Positions 1 to 13,230 of a stretch of 63,898 nucleotides of DNA are shown here, piece by piece. The stretch covers positions 1-63,898 of the forward strand of contig JAUCBJ010000753.1 of assembly GCA_032718475.1 (NCBI GenBank), given 5' to 3'. Position 1 is the first letter of the stretch, and each line of letters opens with the position of its first letter. The notes beneath the pieces are model-generated. The model was not told the DNA's origin. It saw only the letters and a program-made list of their open reading frames with translations, and searched no databases. The translations under genes were made by a program, and so were the position numbers. The DNA is from Nemertoderma westbladi (Eukaryota > Animalia > Xenacoelomorpha).

Positions 1-941
1 TACATGTTCTACGCATGTCCTTAGATCATTATAATGATGATGGGGTGATGATAACTCCACCTACTGGCTCCAGAAGTCGAGGAAATCCTGCCAAGTACCT
101 AACTGATCTAAACTTTGCTGATGACTTAGGAGTACTCTCAGAATCATTAGAGGGAGCCCAACGGCTCCTCAGCTCATTAGAACATGCTGCTTCTAATGTT
201 GGTCTTTTTATTAACTCCAGAAAGACCAAAATTCTGACAGTTAACTTTGAAAGTCCTCAGCAAGTCTCTGATCGGATGAGCATAAGCTCAAAGGATGGTA
301 TGCTTGAGCATGTGGACGACTTCTGTTACCTGGGATCATGGATCCGGAAGTCAGATGAGGACCTTCGAATACGTAAGGGAAAGGCATGGGCAGCCTTGAA
401 TAGGCTTTCCAGGATTTGGAAGTCACCTAGAATTAATCGGAAACTTAAGGTCCGATTATTTAAAGCAGCAGTAGTTCCAGTACTCCTCTACGGGAGTCCA
501 TGCTGGGCTCTAACTGCTGAGGACACCATATCTCTGGATGGCACATTCACAAGAATGCTACGCCGGGTACATTGTGTCAAGTACAATGCATACATCTCCA
601 ACCAGACACTATATAACATTGGAGGTGTCTCATTGGTTCCCCCAAGCTTGACACTAGAACAAAATCGCCTCCGCTTTGCAGGACATTGCTTTCGCCGTGA
701 GGACCAGCCAGTGCATAATCTTGTACTTTGGCAGCCTCATGGAGTGAATAAGCATGGTGGACAGCCCATGACTTTCTTGAGACGCATCTTAAAGGACACT
801 GGCCTTAAAGATGCGGATGATCTAGCAAAAGTCATGGGTGATAGGGAGTTGTGGCGGTGCAATTTTGTTGACAAGCCGGCACAGCATTCTTAAAAATGCA
901 GCTGCAATGCAGCATGCCGATCCTAGTAGTAGTAGTAGTAG
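1..941 (+). mobile_element. RTE-clade-like non-LTR retrotransposon, 3' part (RT C-terminus, ORF 15..893) with (TAG)n tail
   Basis: ORF has RT motifs LNFADDL, FCYLGS, KVRLFKAAVVPVLLYGS, RLRFAGHCFR; ends in tagtagtagtagtagtag at 924-941; 5' end lies outside the window. Confidence 0.9.
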
Positions 942-3900
942 CCATTTGCTCCATGTTCACCACGGCATGAATAATAGTCAGCAGAATACCTAATTTGAGA
1001 AAAATACATTGTATCTAGTTCTGCCTTCAAACTACTTAATACTGAAATTATATGGGGATATCAATGTATTTATAATCAATGTATTTTTCAAACGTTGAAA
1101 AAAGTACTGATTGCTTGCATTTTCCCCAGTATTTGTTTCAAATTCTGCAATACCTGGCATAAGTCGATGTGCTGCAGGATCATGATTATATGGGAATGCC
1201 CTTGTCTGGAATATTGTTGGAAGAAGTGGATATGTTTTGTCTGGCCTCCAGCTTTGGACATCTTCCAAATACCTTTTTGAACCGAGAGCATCACTTTTCT
1301 GCTTTTTCCAGAAAGCTCTAGAGTCTGGAATATTACTTTTAAATTGCAAAAGTTCATTTGCAACCGTTTGACGAGTAAGTGGCATATTTAAAAGATCATT
1401 TCTAGTTGGCAATATATTATCTTTCCCTAAATTACGAAAAGCCAATGAAGCATTTAGTTTGCCTCTACCCCTTTTATCTTTGTTATAAAAATGAAATGCA
1501 AGTTCCTCACATTGTGCAGCACGTGGGTTCTTAAAAAGCCAATGTTCATAAGTTTTCTCCCAGGTAGATTTTGGAAATTTTATATCTCTCCTTCTATCCT
1601 GAAATGCACACCCATCTCCACTTAGGAATACAAATGGAAAGGCTCGTGGAAGATATCCTGGTGTATTTTCAGGTATGGGAGATGATTTATCAACACCTGG
1701 AAACTCTAACCTCTGTAAAATGGTACTTTAGACAGTTCCAGCTATTATCTCGCCAGGTCGTTCACTGACATATTCAATGTTACCTACATGTGCCATGGCA
1801 TTACCCTGTCCCTCATCATTGGAGTAGTCACGGGATAAAATTTCAACTTCCTCACAAACCATTCCCAAAAAATCAAATTTTGTTGACTGACCCTGGCCAT
1901 TATTTCCGAGGTTAATATTTTGGTCATTGTTACCCATTGATGTAGCATTAGGATCAAAGTAATTTCTCTGTAAAGCAAAGTTAACTATGGTTCTCAGAGT
2001 AATTGGTGTCACTTCGTCACCACCATTGTCATGGTCCAATATATCACTATTATGGAATTGTTTAATCAAACTCCATAAATCATCTACAAACTTGAGTGTA
2101 TTACCCTGAGAATCACTTTCAAGGAGAACTTCCAACTTATATTTTTCTAATAGAGCTGCACCCAATTCCATGCTGGAAGTTATCCAATGTTTAAAAACCG
2201 GAATAGTCAATTCTCTATCAGCCCTTGCCAATAATTGATTATCATCAATTATTCGCAAACCAATTGGCATTCCTTGTTGATTACCATGACCATTCTCTAA
2301 CTGAGATTGCAATAATTCCATATTCGCATTAGAAAATGTACACCAGTTATTAGCACATGTGCTCTCCTTACAATATAAGTAATATGGCCTTTTGAAACCT
2401 GTTGCAGGACATACCATATCCCTTTCCATAAAATGTTTTGCCCTTTTTATTTTATCCATATTTACGGTAGCCTCATGAATGACTTTGCCATCTGTTTTTG
2501 ACACCATGACAACGAATGGCATACTAGAAAAGTCCCACCATGGCAAATTTTTAGCTTGTAATGGTTGCTTTAAGTTGTAACAAATTGAACCATGTTTTGT
2601 GAATGGTATATTGTTCTTTTTGTTACGATAAATATGAACTGATAATAATGTTGGTGACAATACCATACGTTCAGCCTTTGTTAATGTATCCACAAAAGCT
2701 TCATATTCCACATCTCCAAATACATCTAAAGACATTAGATTAGCAGATGAATATGGATTTAAATCAATTAAATTAGTATTCCACTCCTCCATGTTGTCAC
2801 TACAATTACTATTTGGTGGTGTATTATCTGCCTCTGGTGGTTTTGAATATTTTGGGAATACAGTACTATCTACTACATTATAAAATGACTCACAGTTTGT
2901 ACAGATCCCGTCAACCTCTCTATCACTTGAAACATAAACATTAGAGTCAGTGAACTTGTCTGAAAGTGTTATACAATATTCACTTATGACTTGTGATTTT
3001 TGAAGGATTTCAAGTAAATTAGTATCTTCAAGTCTTACATTATTTTTTAATTCTGGAACTATTTTCATCATTTCATTTTTAATCCTGGAAGCTATTTAAA
3101 TCCTTATCAAATCCTGGAGTCTGTCTACCACAAGCAATACAATGTAAACGTTTTAAGTTATCATAGACAGCATGCATATTTCTCAGACCAATCAAACTTG
3201 TTATTTCCAAGTTTGCAGTGAAATCTTCTGATGAACTGTTTGAAGGATTTTCAAGCCATTGGTTCAATACTTGGCCTGATGTGGTTCTTTTATATTGATT
3301 TTTGCAACATCTAATGGTGGGATTGTATTATCAGCAATAAATCGACCACTAGATGAAATATTACCCAATTGTATTTGTGACTGAGAAATCTTGCCAACGC
3401 GGCTAAGTGTTGTTGCCAAACATGATGTTTGAGGTGCACAAACTTGTTTCACTTCAAAGTTAATAATGTCATTGACACGTTCACATACTTTAACTTTGAC
3501 AACCAAACCAGTGTTATTTGTATACAGAATATAACGCTTGTCATTAGCCAGCTCACATGCTGCGATTAGTTCAACATCTTGAGAAGTTGAACAATCTACA
3601 TTCACCAAAAGATTACACTCAAAATGAATTGTTATTTTTCTCCCTCCATATTCATAGAAACCCGAATGGAACTTAGCAGCTGCTTTACTGTCAATAAGCC
3701 GCGTTTTATCACAGACTTTGCAGGTTCTTAAAAAACAACGTTCCTGAAAAGATGTATTTGTGACCTCAGCTGGTTCAATAACAACATTAGCTGGATTAAT
3801 ATTTGAAAGCGATTTTTGAACCTTGTGTTGTACATATGAGACATCATATGTCATTCTACTTGTATTCCCCCTATCCTCGTGACATTGTGGGCCAGAATAT

Positions 3901-5422
3901 AATTCAAAAAGATGTGGATGCCTTTCTATATGATTTGATATATCACGGTTCACCTTTTGTAACATATTCTCAAATGTGTCTGCATCTATTCTTGGAGTAT
4001 TAAAGTTTCCCTGAAAATCGTTCATTGTTGCAACTCCAAACCGATTCTTAACTTCGTAATTGAAGTCCTTTAATCGATAATACTTTAAATTACCTTTACC
4101 ATAGTAGTACAATTTAGATGTATTTTGTCGATCTTTGTACGATTGTGGACCAATATATGGTTCAAGAGAAAAACTCTCGCGAAATAACTTATGGTCAAGG
4201 AAATAGGAATTCACACGTTGCAGTATATCAAGAAAAAGTGACTCATTATTGAGAACTGTTTCTACATTGTGACCTTGGTTTTTTAACACCTTTTTGAAAT
4301 GTATCCAAGAAAACCATTTATAAGTAGTAATGTTGTGGTTTGGAAAACCATGATTTTAAAAATTGTTAAGATAAATACTACTTACAGTTTTATTACTAGA
4401 TGTCCCATACAGTATTTTACACATTTTGCTATCATTATAACACCAGCTAGTAATATTATCAGCCTCAGCACACTCGTAATCAGTAAGTACACCTTTGATT
4501 ATAATATCATTATTGCCAATACAAGCCTCAATATCAGATAAAGAAATATATTTATATTTATTACTGGTCCTCTGGTTTTCTCTTTCTAGAATTCTGATTT
4601 CCTTCACCACTAATTGTATATGGTATCGCACTTGATTCACATTCATTTGTATTAGTTTCCAATGTATGTTTACCATCAAACAGTTCTGTAATTTTAGATG
4701 GTAATTTTCTCTTTCTAGGACGACCACGGCCACCCACACCACCCATTACGAGATCAATTTTGGTTAATTCAAAATGTTTCACTGGTTTCCTGTATTAGTC
4801 ATACTAGAACCCAACTCATCATCACCAGAACTTCCGTAAATTTTATCATGTTCACTTCTATATCTTTGCTCTAATTTGCGTAGGTCTATAAAATATTTTT
4901 CATTTTCCAGACCACTTCCAAAACTTTTTACAGTTGTTTGTACATTTGCATTTATACAATTCTGCCTTCTAATACACCTGACAGAACAAAACCTTCTAAA
5001 ATGACACATAGATTGTATTAAGATTGATATTTCTTTTGAACACATTTCACATACAGGATATTTTGCTTTCTGGCTGATTTTCTTGCACGGCACAGATGTT
5101 TGATGTTTTATTTCCTTATTGAGAGAATTTAGACATTTTCGATTTATCTGTCTCGTTTTCAGACAAGTAGGAGGTGCCATGGAGACAACTAACTCACAAG
5201 GCCTACAATACAACTTACCTACTCGGCCAGAATAAATACCCAGACACTTTCTACACTTTGTCAATAATTCAGTAGGCCTACTGTTTTCTGCAGTTCGTTT
5301 AGAACCAACAGAAGCAACAAACTGTGTTTTGCTTCTACGTTCCCCACACTTTCCACAAAAGACCATTCCTCTGGCAACAAACTTTCTGATTACAGTGCAC
5401 TTGTCCCTTTTCTTTTTGGTTG
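942..5422 (-). pseudogene. Divergent Helitron-like Rep-helicase gene, N-terminal part (fragmented ORFs 4779..5453, 4561..4782, 3264..4289, 1728..3071, 1032..1445)
   Basis: Minus-strand fragments read FPFVFLSGDG..R, IPDSRAFWKKQKSD (cf. Helitron GSxxYW..D), IFQTRAFPYNHDP (motif I-like) and YYSCRGEHGANG (cf. R-x-EFQ-x-RG preceding the HUH), where the RTE LINE cuts it; upstream are an AT-hook GRGRPRK and FCS-like and zf-CW-like Cys clusters. Confidence 0.65.
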
Positions 5423-6557
5423 GATAATACAATCCCACCATTAGATGTTGCAAAAATCAATATAAAAGAACCACATCAGGCCAAGTATTGTATCCAATGG
5501 CTTGAAAATCCTTCAAACAGTTCATCAGAAGATTTCACTGCAAACTTGGAAATAACAAGTTTGATTGGTCTGAGAAATATGCATGCTGTCTATGATAACT
5601 TAAAACTTTTACATTGTATTGCTTGTGGTAGATAGACTCCAGGATTTGATAAGGATTTAAATAGCCTTGTAGTTCCAGAATTAAAAAATAATGTAAGACT
5701 TGAAGATACTAATTTACTTGAAATCCTTCAAAAATCACAAGTCATAAGTGAATATTGTATAACACTTTCAGACAAGTTCACTGACTCTAATGTTTATGTT
5801 TCAAGTGATAGAGAGGTTGACGGGATCTGTACAAACTGTGAGTCATTTTATAATGTAGTAGATAGTACTGTATTCCCAAAATATTCAAAACCACCAGAGG
5901 CAGATAATACACCACCAAATAGTAATTGTAGTGACAACATGGAGGAGTGGAATACTAATTTAATTGATTTAAATCCATATTCATCTGCTAATCTAATGTC
6001 TTTAGATGTATTTGGAGATGTGGAATATGAAGCTTTTGTGGATACATTAACAAAGGCTGAACGTATGGTATTGTCACCAACATTATTATCAGTTCATATT
6101 TATCGTAACAAAAAGAACAATATACCATTCACAAAACATGGTTCAATTTGTTACTACTTAAAGCAACCATTACAAGCTAAAAATTTGCCATGGTGGGACT
6201 TTTCTAGTATGCCATTCGTTGTCATGGTGTCAAAAACAGATGGCAAAGTCATTCATGAGGCTACCGTAAATATGGATATAATAAAAAGGGCAAAACATTT
6301 TATGGAAAGGGATATGGTATGTCCTGCAACAGGTTTCAAAAGGCCATATTACTTATATTGTAAGGAGAGCACATGTGCTAATAACTGGTGTACATTTTCT
6401 AATGCGAATATGGAATTATTGCAATCTCAGTTAGAGAATGGTCATGGTAATCAACAAGGAATGCCAATTGGTTTGCGAATAATTGATGATAATCAATTAT
6501 TGGCAAGGGCTGATAGAGAATTGACTATTCCGGTTTTTAAACATTGGATAACTTCCA
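5423..6557 (+). repeat. Inverted duplication of 2174..3332 (part of the Helitron-like gene; gives ORFs 5420..5635 and 5939..6577)
   Basis: Translations are almost identical to 3079..3267 and 1728..3071 on the opposite strand; both breakpoints traced by eye. Confidence 0.95.
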
Positions 6558-6569
6558 TAGAATGGATAA

Positions 6570-8840
6570 AACCATAGAATGGTTCATACCCATATCCTCA
6601 CTGACACCTAGCTGAAAACCAGGATCGGCCAAATAATGCAAAGAGATCTCTACCCATTGCTTATTTGACAGACAACCACCCCTGTGTTTCGCCCTTATCT
6701 TTGCCCAAAAAATGGGTTGCGATCCAGTCTACATTATCCTCACGAATTATTAATTCAACGAAATTATGAAATTAGTCTCACTCTCACACTTAAAACGGTT
6801 AAGGATGTCCTTTCCTTTAGTTTTTACCAAAGAATTGTAAACCCTGAAAATAATGTATATATAAATGGCCTCAATGACGGCAAATAACGTTACTGCTATT
6901 GTTTCATGACTCGCAGTGTGAACTCCATATAAGTTGAGACTGTGATTGTTGCAGTTCACAATTATCACCTTATGGTTTCTATCAATAATCCCTTCCCTTG
7001 GACACCAGTTATAAATTGTTCATGATGTACCTTGTCCAGTGTAGAATCGAAAATCATTCCATAATATCTGAAATAAAATAATATATTTATTTATTACTGA
7101 TAGCTACTTGGGAAAAAAGTAGTACTTTTTATCACTATGCTTAAGGTATTATATTTACCGACAGGCATAGTGGTTAATAAAGAATAATGGATAATTAATA
7201 AAGGATCTAGTTGCTTCACGAAGTTTGATCAATGAAGACCAAATACAATTGGAGTTGAATCTATCTACATCTGTTTCTGTTCGAAATGCCATGGTGATGA
7301 AGAGGGCAATTGTAGAGAATCAGAACTTGGGTGAATCCGCTCACTCGACCTGATGCAGTTCTTTTCCCTACTAACTTTTTAAATAGTAATTCTAGGTCTA
7401 ATTCTAGTGATAATTTCAAGTCACCACAGAACAACGAAATGAAATGTCTTTAAATACATCACTTACATATCTGGCGAGCCAATCAGTACCATCAGGTACT
7501 TTGTACTGATAGTAATGATGGTACTTCCACATATTAGATCGGGATCTGGCGACTGGTTGGACCTTCCACCCATATGTAAGTTCGATTCTTTGGTACTGCG
7601 GCCTGATCTCCGCAATTATACTGGTGTCAGTGTCATCACTATAATCGAAATCATTTTATCTTTTCCAAAATGGAAGGATCAGTACGGTAGAAAGGTTTTA
7701 AATATGAATGTATGGAACTATTCCCATGTGGCACACTGGATAGCTTACTGTTGTATTCCCCACAATATTCGACAAGGTATAACTTGGTTAAGGCCTTTTC
7801 ATCATTTTCGAGACTAGTATGAGTAGTTTTATGGGTTGTATAAAACGTGATACGTTTCTTAATCTTGCTATCAGCTTTTAAGTTTGTGTAATATCTATGC
7901 ATTGAAATTACATCGCTAGTTTCAGGTTGAGGGTTAATTTCATCGAATGTGAAATGTTTACCTTTCTTAAATTTTAGAATAGCAATATTTACCATGTTTA
8001 TAGTAAATGCTCTCAAGAATTTGTACACCTAATTTCTCTTGCCGAATAAACAATTGGTTTACAGTATACTACGGGAATCCCAAGCTCCACAATCATCTGC
8101 ATAGTAGGATTTTGATTTTCCATGATTGGGTGTATTGTTTACTACAAAATAAACATTGTTCTTGTTGCCACGGGGACCTGTATCATAACACTCGATGGGT
8201 CATTCAATTTATCTATTACGAAATCTATGGTCATAAACCTTACCAGCAACTGGCAATTTAGGAAAGCTACAGTTAATTTCCTTATCTGAGGAGTTATGTA
8301 AAGTTTCTGTAATATCTTTCTCATTATCTCCATTAATATTTATACCATCAGCCACGGCGTTGATATCCTCAGCAACATCAACTGGAGTGGGCAATAAAGA
8401 ATATCGTTGGTATGTTCGGAACTTTGAGAAATTATAGTTTTCTTTAGAAGGGGGGCAAAATGGTTGGGTGTCCAGGTTTTAACTGAAACGTCGCCCCCAC
8501 TGAGAACATAACAATAATTTGAGAAGTGTTGTCTAATTCTGTATCTGTGTACTGTAGTTAGGGTGCAAATCATGTACTTTAGTTCGAATGGAGTTTTTAT
8601 CATACAGTATTCATTTATTCATAGTCACTTATTTACTGAGTAAATACATAAAATACAAGTTCGAAAACTCTTATGCAATTTTTACTTATCCCATTGAATT
8701 CAGAACCCTCACAAATCCGTATAATGCAGGAAACAAAGTGACACGACACAATCAATTGATATATTTGATGGTTTTTTTATGGAAGTTTGCACCCACTTCC
8801 ATAAAATATGAGTTTGAGATGTCTTGTTAGATAATTATTA
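6570..8840 (-). repeat. Arm A (left) of the large inverted repeat; inverted copy of 52472..54712 (MULE-like, Harbinger-like and piggyBac-like remnants)
   Basis: aaaccatagaatggttcatacccatatcctca is the reverse complement of ~54681-54712; ORF 8588..8830(+) is near-identical to 52482..52724(-). Confidence 0.93.
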
Positions 8841-8856
8841 ATTTTATTATATATAA

Positions 8857-9265
8857 TTTTGTTACATTATGTCAACTTATCAGCGTTCGGTTTGTGAAGA
8901 AAGGATTTTATGGTTGCTCATTTATACATTTTAATCATGTACTATATCGAATATAAGTGAAATTTATTAACAGGTACACTGGTACACAGTATTAATTATA
9001 CATTTAAATCTAATTAAAGTTTATTGGAAGATTTTTGAGTTTATTGGATTGTTTAAACAATTATTTACATCCAGCAGCTAGTCCCGTCACTGCAAATTGG
9101 ATAATCATTAACATAAATGGAAATAATATATTCTGGAATACGGTAATTGAAGTTGTTTCCATGTCATTGATTACTTTGCAACGTTCCGTCCTATAGGCCG
9201 CAACGCTGCTGCAGCATTATGAGTAATTCACTAGAACGCTGTTAAGTTGACATAATGTAACAAAA
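8857..9265. mobile_element. MITE-like element with ~32-bp terminal inverted repeats
   Basis: ttttgttacattatgtcaacttatcagcgttc at 8857 vs gaacgctgttaagttgacataatgtaacaaaa ending at 9265 (1 mismatch); TA-rich flanks; non-coding. Confidence 0.7.
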
Positions 9266-10479
9266 TATATTGTAACAAACATTTTATTTTTTTTATTTTT
9301 AGATAATCTAAATAATATTTGTCATTTGGGTGTCTCCAAGGGGACATTGTCTTGTAAGAACCATTATATTTTTTAGTGGCCCTTTATGAACAGTGACTAA
9401 TTAAGGTCATTTCGAACTTTTGGCTCAAATGGAACATGGTCTTGCATGGGCCATTGCCTTTTCAAAGGCGTTTGATAACAATTGGCTAATATCGGGCCAC
9501 ATTATAGTTGAGTGGCTCCAAGCGACACTATCCAATATGGTCCATTTCAGATTTGAATGGCTTTAAGGGAAAATTGCCTAATATATATGAAATATATTTC
9601 ATATTTAAGTGGCTCTAATGGACAATGCATGTATATTTATACATTAATTTTAGGGGATCTCGCTTGTTTCACGAGTATCTCTGCATCACTCAGGCAATGA
9701 TCTAGAATCAGTCCCTTTATTACTTTGCCACTTTAAAGTAATCTGTGGGCCATAAATATGGGTGGTTGTTCAAGGCTGTCCAAGTACATGATGCAACTGA
9801 TGGTCCTCTCAGCACTGGCAAACAAGTGATCTTGGTACCCTCCTGCACTATATTCATGCACATTATCAGGTAATTACATTTAACTGCTAGAAAAATCATT
9901 TCTACTCACATTCATTTCATCACAAGGTAATTCGGTTTATATACTCATACTCAATTCGGTATACACTATTGATTGATGCCAATTATTTTTTTCATATATT
10001 CTTACCATGCCATGATAATCACATATTTTTTATTACATAGGAGAACAATCGACCCTTTTTCACTAATCTAGAGTTATTTTAATTTACTAGTAATCAAAAG
10101 TGAGGTTTATAATGAGTTGGGAGAATCATGAAAACAAAATGCTCTACATGTTTTTCCCCATGTAATACCCATCTTTCATAGTTTTAAAGATATAACGGTT
10201 TAATTACAGAATTCATAAAATTACAAGAAATCTGTTTGACCGAGATCTAAAACAGTATGACTCCAGAAATTTAAAAATGGAAATATTTTGTATTTCATAT
10301 ATACTGTTAAGAAACTGCATACATGTGCACAGAATTGCAAACAGGTACCCTACCGGTACACAAAATACATTTGTAGGCCTACAGTTGTTGTGAAATATTG
10401 TAATAAATATTGTAATAATACAGACAGATATAGAATTGCTGTGATGCCGAAAAGAAGGCTTCTATTAGATTTAGAGGAA

Positions 10480-11120
10480 TTCCTCCAATCCAACAGTTCA
10501 AAAAGCCTGATGCCTTCATCACTATAACATGCAATCCAAACTGGCCTGAGATTGAGTTATTGCTCCCAGGTCATTGCGCAGAGGACTGGCCAGATATTGT
10601 GTCCCAAGTATTCAGGGTGAAGTTTTGCTGTATTATTAGCGAAATATGGGATATCACGTTTTCGAGTTAAAGAAATGCATGCCCACCTCCGCATAATACT
10701 TTGTTCTCAAGACTGGTTTACTATGGCGATCAAGTCAACAACGTAATCAGCACCAAATTACCTCTGGATCCAATACAATTCTCTGAGGGTCCATGAGAAA
10801 TAGAGAGCAGGCTCATTGGCTTCTAGATTTAGTGCTAAACCTTATGGTGCACAAATGTAGGCCAGCGTGCAAACAATCAAGCAGGTATTGTAAAAAAGGA
10901 TAAGTGGGACGGTAATACCTTCTATCCAGAATATTGGTGGCGACCAGGTGGGGCTGTTAACCTAAGGGTTGATCTGTCAACAATCAGTGGGTTGTCCCAT
11001 ACTCTGCCTATGTAATACTTCGGTATGAATGTCACATAAATTTTGAAGTATGTATTTCACCTCATACTGTTAAATATTTGTTCAAATATATACAATACAT
11101 AAAGGAGGTGATCATCTAAT
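10480..11120 (+). pseudogene. Classical Helitron Rep (HUH) domain remnant; degraded sequence probably continues to ~13.1 kb
   Basis: Manual translation gives PDAFITITCNPNWPEI..LPG..AEDWPDIVSQVFRVK, MVHKCRPAC, NQWVVPYS...RYECHINFEVC.SPHTVKYLFKY..KGGD, canonical Helitron Rep motifs with many stops and frameshifts. Confidence 0.85.
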
Positions 11121-11439
11121 TATTTTCATTTATATTTTGTTGCATATCATGACCGATATTGCTTTGTATTCTACACTACTGTACGTGATTCCATCTACAA
11201 CATTCCAATTATTTTTGAGATTTCATAATGTATGTCATCCACATTCAATTACCATATTTTTTCCCGCGTTACTACTGTACGGGTACGCGTACCATGCAAA
11301 TCTGTAGTGATTTTCTGTTTTTACATTTACTTTAATTCATTAATTCGTTGAAGAAGGCACTAGGGCAGAAATCGATTGGTGACATATATCACATTTTTTA
11401 TATTTAGTCAGAGTGAGATAGACCCCTAGTTCCCAACTA

Positions 11440-11723
11440 GTTTGATATCAACATCATGAAATCAAAAGTAGAAGAGATGATACAAATCACATTTCGTGAA
11501 ATGTAATTTTCAAAAAAGTGCCAAAAGTTGGGTTAAAAATGGTACTATAACTCGAAAATCTCCTTCTCAACTTCTCAATATTTCTAAAAACCGTTTTCAC
11601 TATTAGGAAGGTGATAAATTTTTAGGAAAAGTCATAAAATTTCACATTCTCCAACTGCATTTGTTATAACAAAAAAACCACGGGGGTCATATTGACCCCC
11701 AACCCCGGATTTAATAGGGTTAA
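11440..11723. mobile_element. Terminal fragment of the piggyBac-like non-autonomous family seen at 60483..62025 (mirrored at ~41166..41450)
   Basis: Ends gggggtcatattgaccccc...atttaatagggTTAA, the same terminus as ~61985-62029. Confidence 0.7.
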
Positions 11724-13230
11724 ACAATGCCATTTGCCACTGAGCTCTTTCAATTAGAATCAACCACATTGCCAAAGGAAATACAGGGTGCATTCCATGG
11801 CATTTCATGGCCTTAGATATTGTGGGGTGAGTCATCTCTATCGATTCCTCTTTGGGAAATGTAGGGGTTTCTAATGTCAGTGCTAAAATTTACACATGCT
11901 TCGTGTACTACTCCAATCATCATTATGACAGTGAATAATGTGGAATCAGCAGACAAATGTGATGAAGATGATGTTTCTCTGCCCCAACTTTCGAACTATA
12001 GATATTTGGATTTAACTATGGTCGAGCTCTTTATTCCTATAAATCAGTCCATTCGCTTTCCTAACAAATGCTGAGCTCTAGCTAGTATCACTCAACAAAT
12101 GCAACAAATGTGATGATTGGGACTCCAGTATCACTCAACAAATGCAAGAATAAAAACTCAGTTTTGTTGATGGGCATACATACTATTAATCAATTTCAAA
12201 ACAACACAAGTAGTACGTAATATGCAATATTCACTATGGCCATACATACGTAGGGCCTACTACAATACAATAATTTTTTTTAGCATAAATGTTATTCAAA
12301 ATGACTCTCATGCTGTATCCTGCTTCAATGATGGAAAATCTTCGAGAGGTCATGTTCTCAAGAATATGGGAATTGTTCAATGAATGGTCTCTCTTATCTT
12401 GATAGAATTCGAGTAGACAAAGCCAATAGTGAATTATTTAAGATAGAATCTTCGGCAAAAGGAGGCAACAAAAGGAAGGAGCGAGTCAATGAAGAAGACG
12501 ATAATGAATATGGGGCTGGTCAATTCTAGTTAATAATGTTGAACCATCCTTTATCTACATCTCCCTCAGTCATCATAGTCATCATTTATATCACCTAATA
12601 CCTCTTGAATCTTGAGAAATCGCATTATATATGTTACATTTTACTCTTGGTCATTTTTTTTAAACTCCGAACTTTAAACTTGATTTACTCAGAATCATGA
12701 ATTCACGGATACAATTACTAAAGAGATCAAGGCAGTGCACCATTACTATACTTCATACGAAGATCCCACATCTCAGCATATAGATTGCCCTGCATCGTGG
12801 TATAAGTTTATAAAGAAAGATCCTAGCTATACAGACAAACCTGTGGAAATAGCCCCCTTATGTTATTAAACAGTGAGGAAATCACCAATGGGCGTATGAC
12901 CTATAGAATGGCATCAGAAACGTTTTAAGTATAAGGATAAACTGTATCGGACAATCAAGAAGAAGCTCGTTCATTGACAGGGCAGGGGCTACTTCATTGA
13001 CAGCTGTGGGGGAAGGAGTTAAGATGAAATACCTTATAGTGCTGGCAGAATGGGGGTTTCATTTTTTATAATTCATATCTAAAAATGATTTGTCAAACTG
13101 CTAAAAAAATATGCAGACTGCCAAGATCATGCCAAAAAATAGGCACAATATACATTGGCAAATTGGTATGATTATATATTTTGTCAAATTATATTGCTAA
13201 AATATTTAGTTAGTATAGTATAGTTAGTAG

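Larger units (their letters stand above)
9998..13228 (+). repeat. Arm B (left) of the large inverted repeat; inverted copy of 39658..42887
   Basis: ORF 11874..12074(+) matches 40815..41015(-) and ORF 10288..10527(+) matches 42365..42553(-); ends match by reverse complement. Confidence 0.95.

Noticed and set aside
9320-9640. Degenerate short repeats (tggctc..ggaca..)
   Set aside because: Too diverged to define a unit or function by eye
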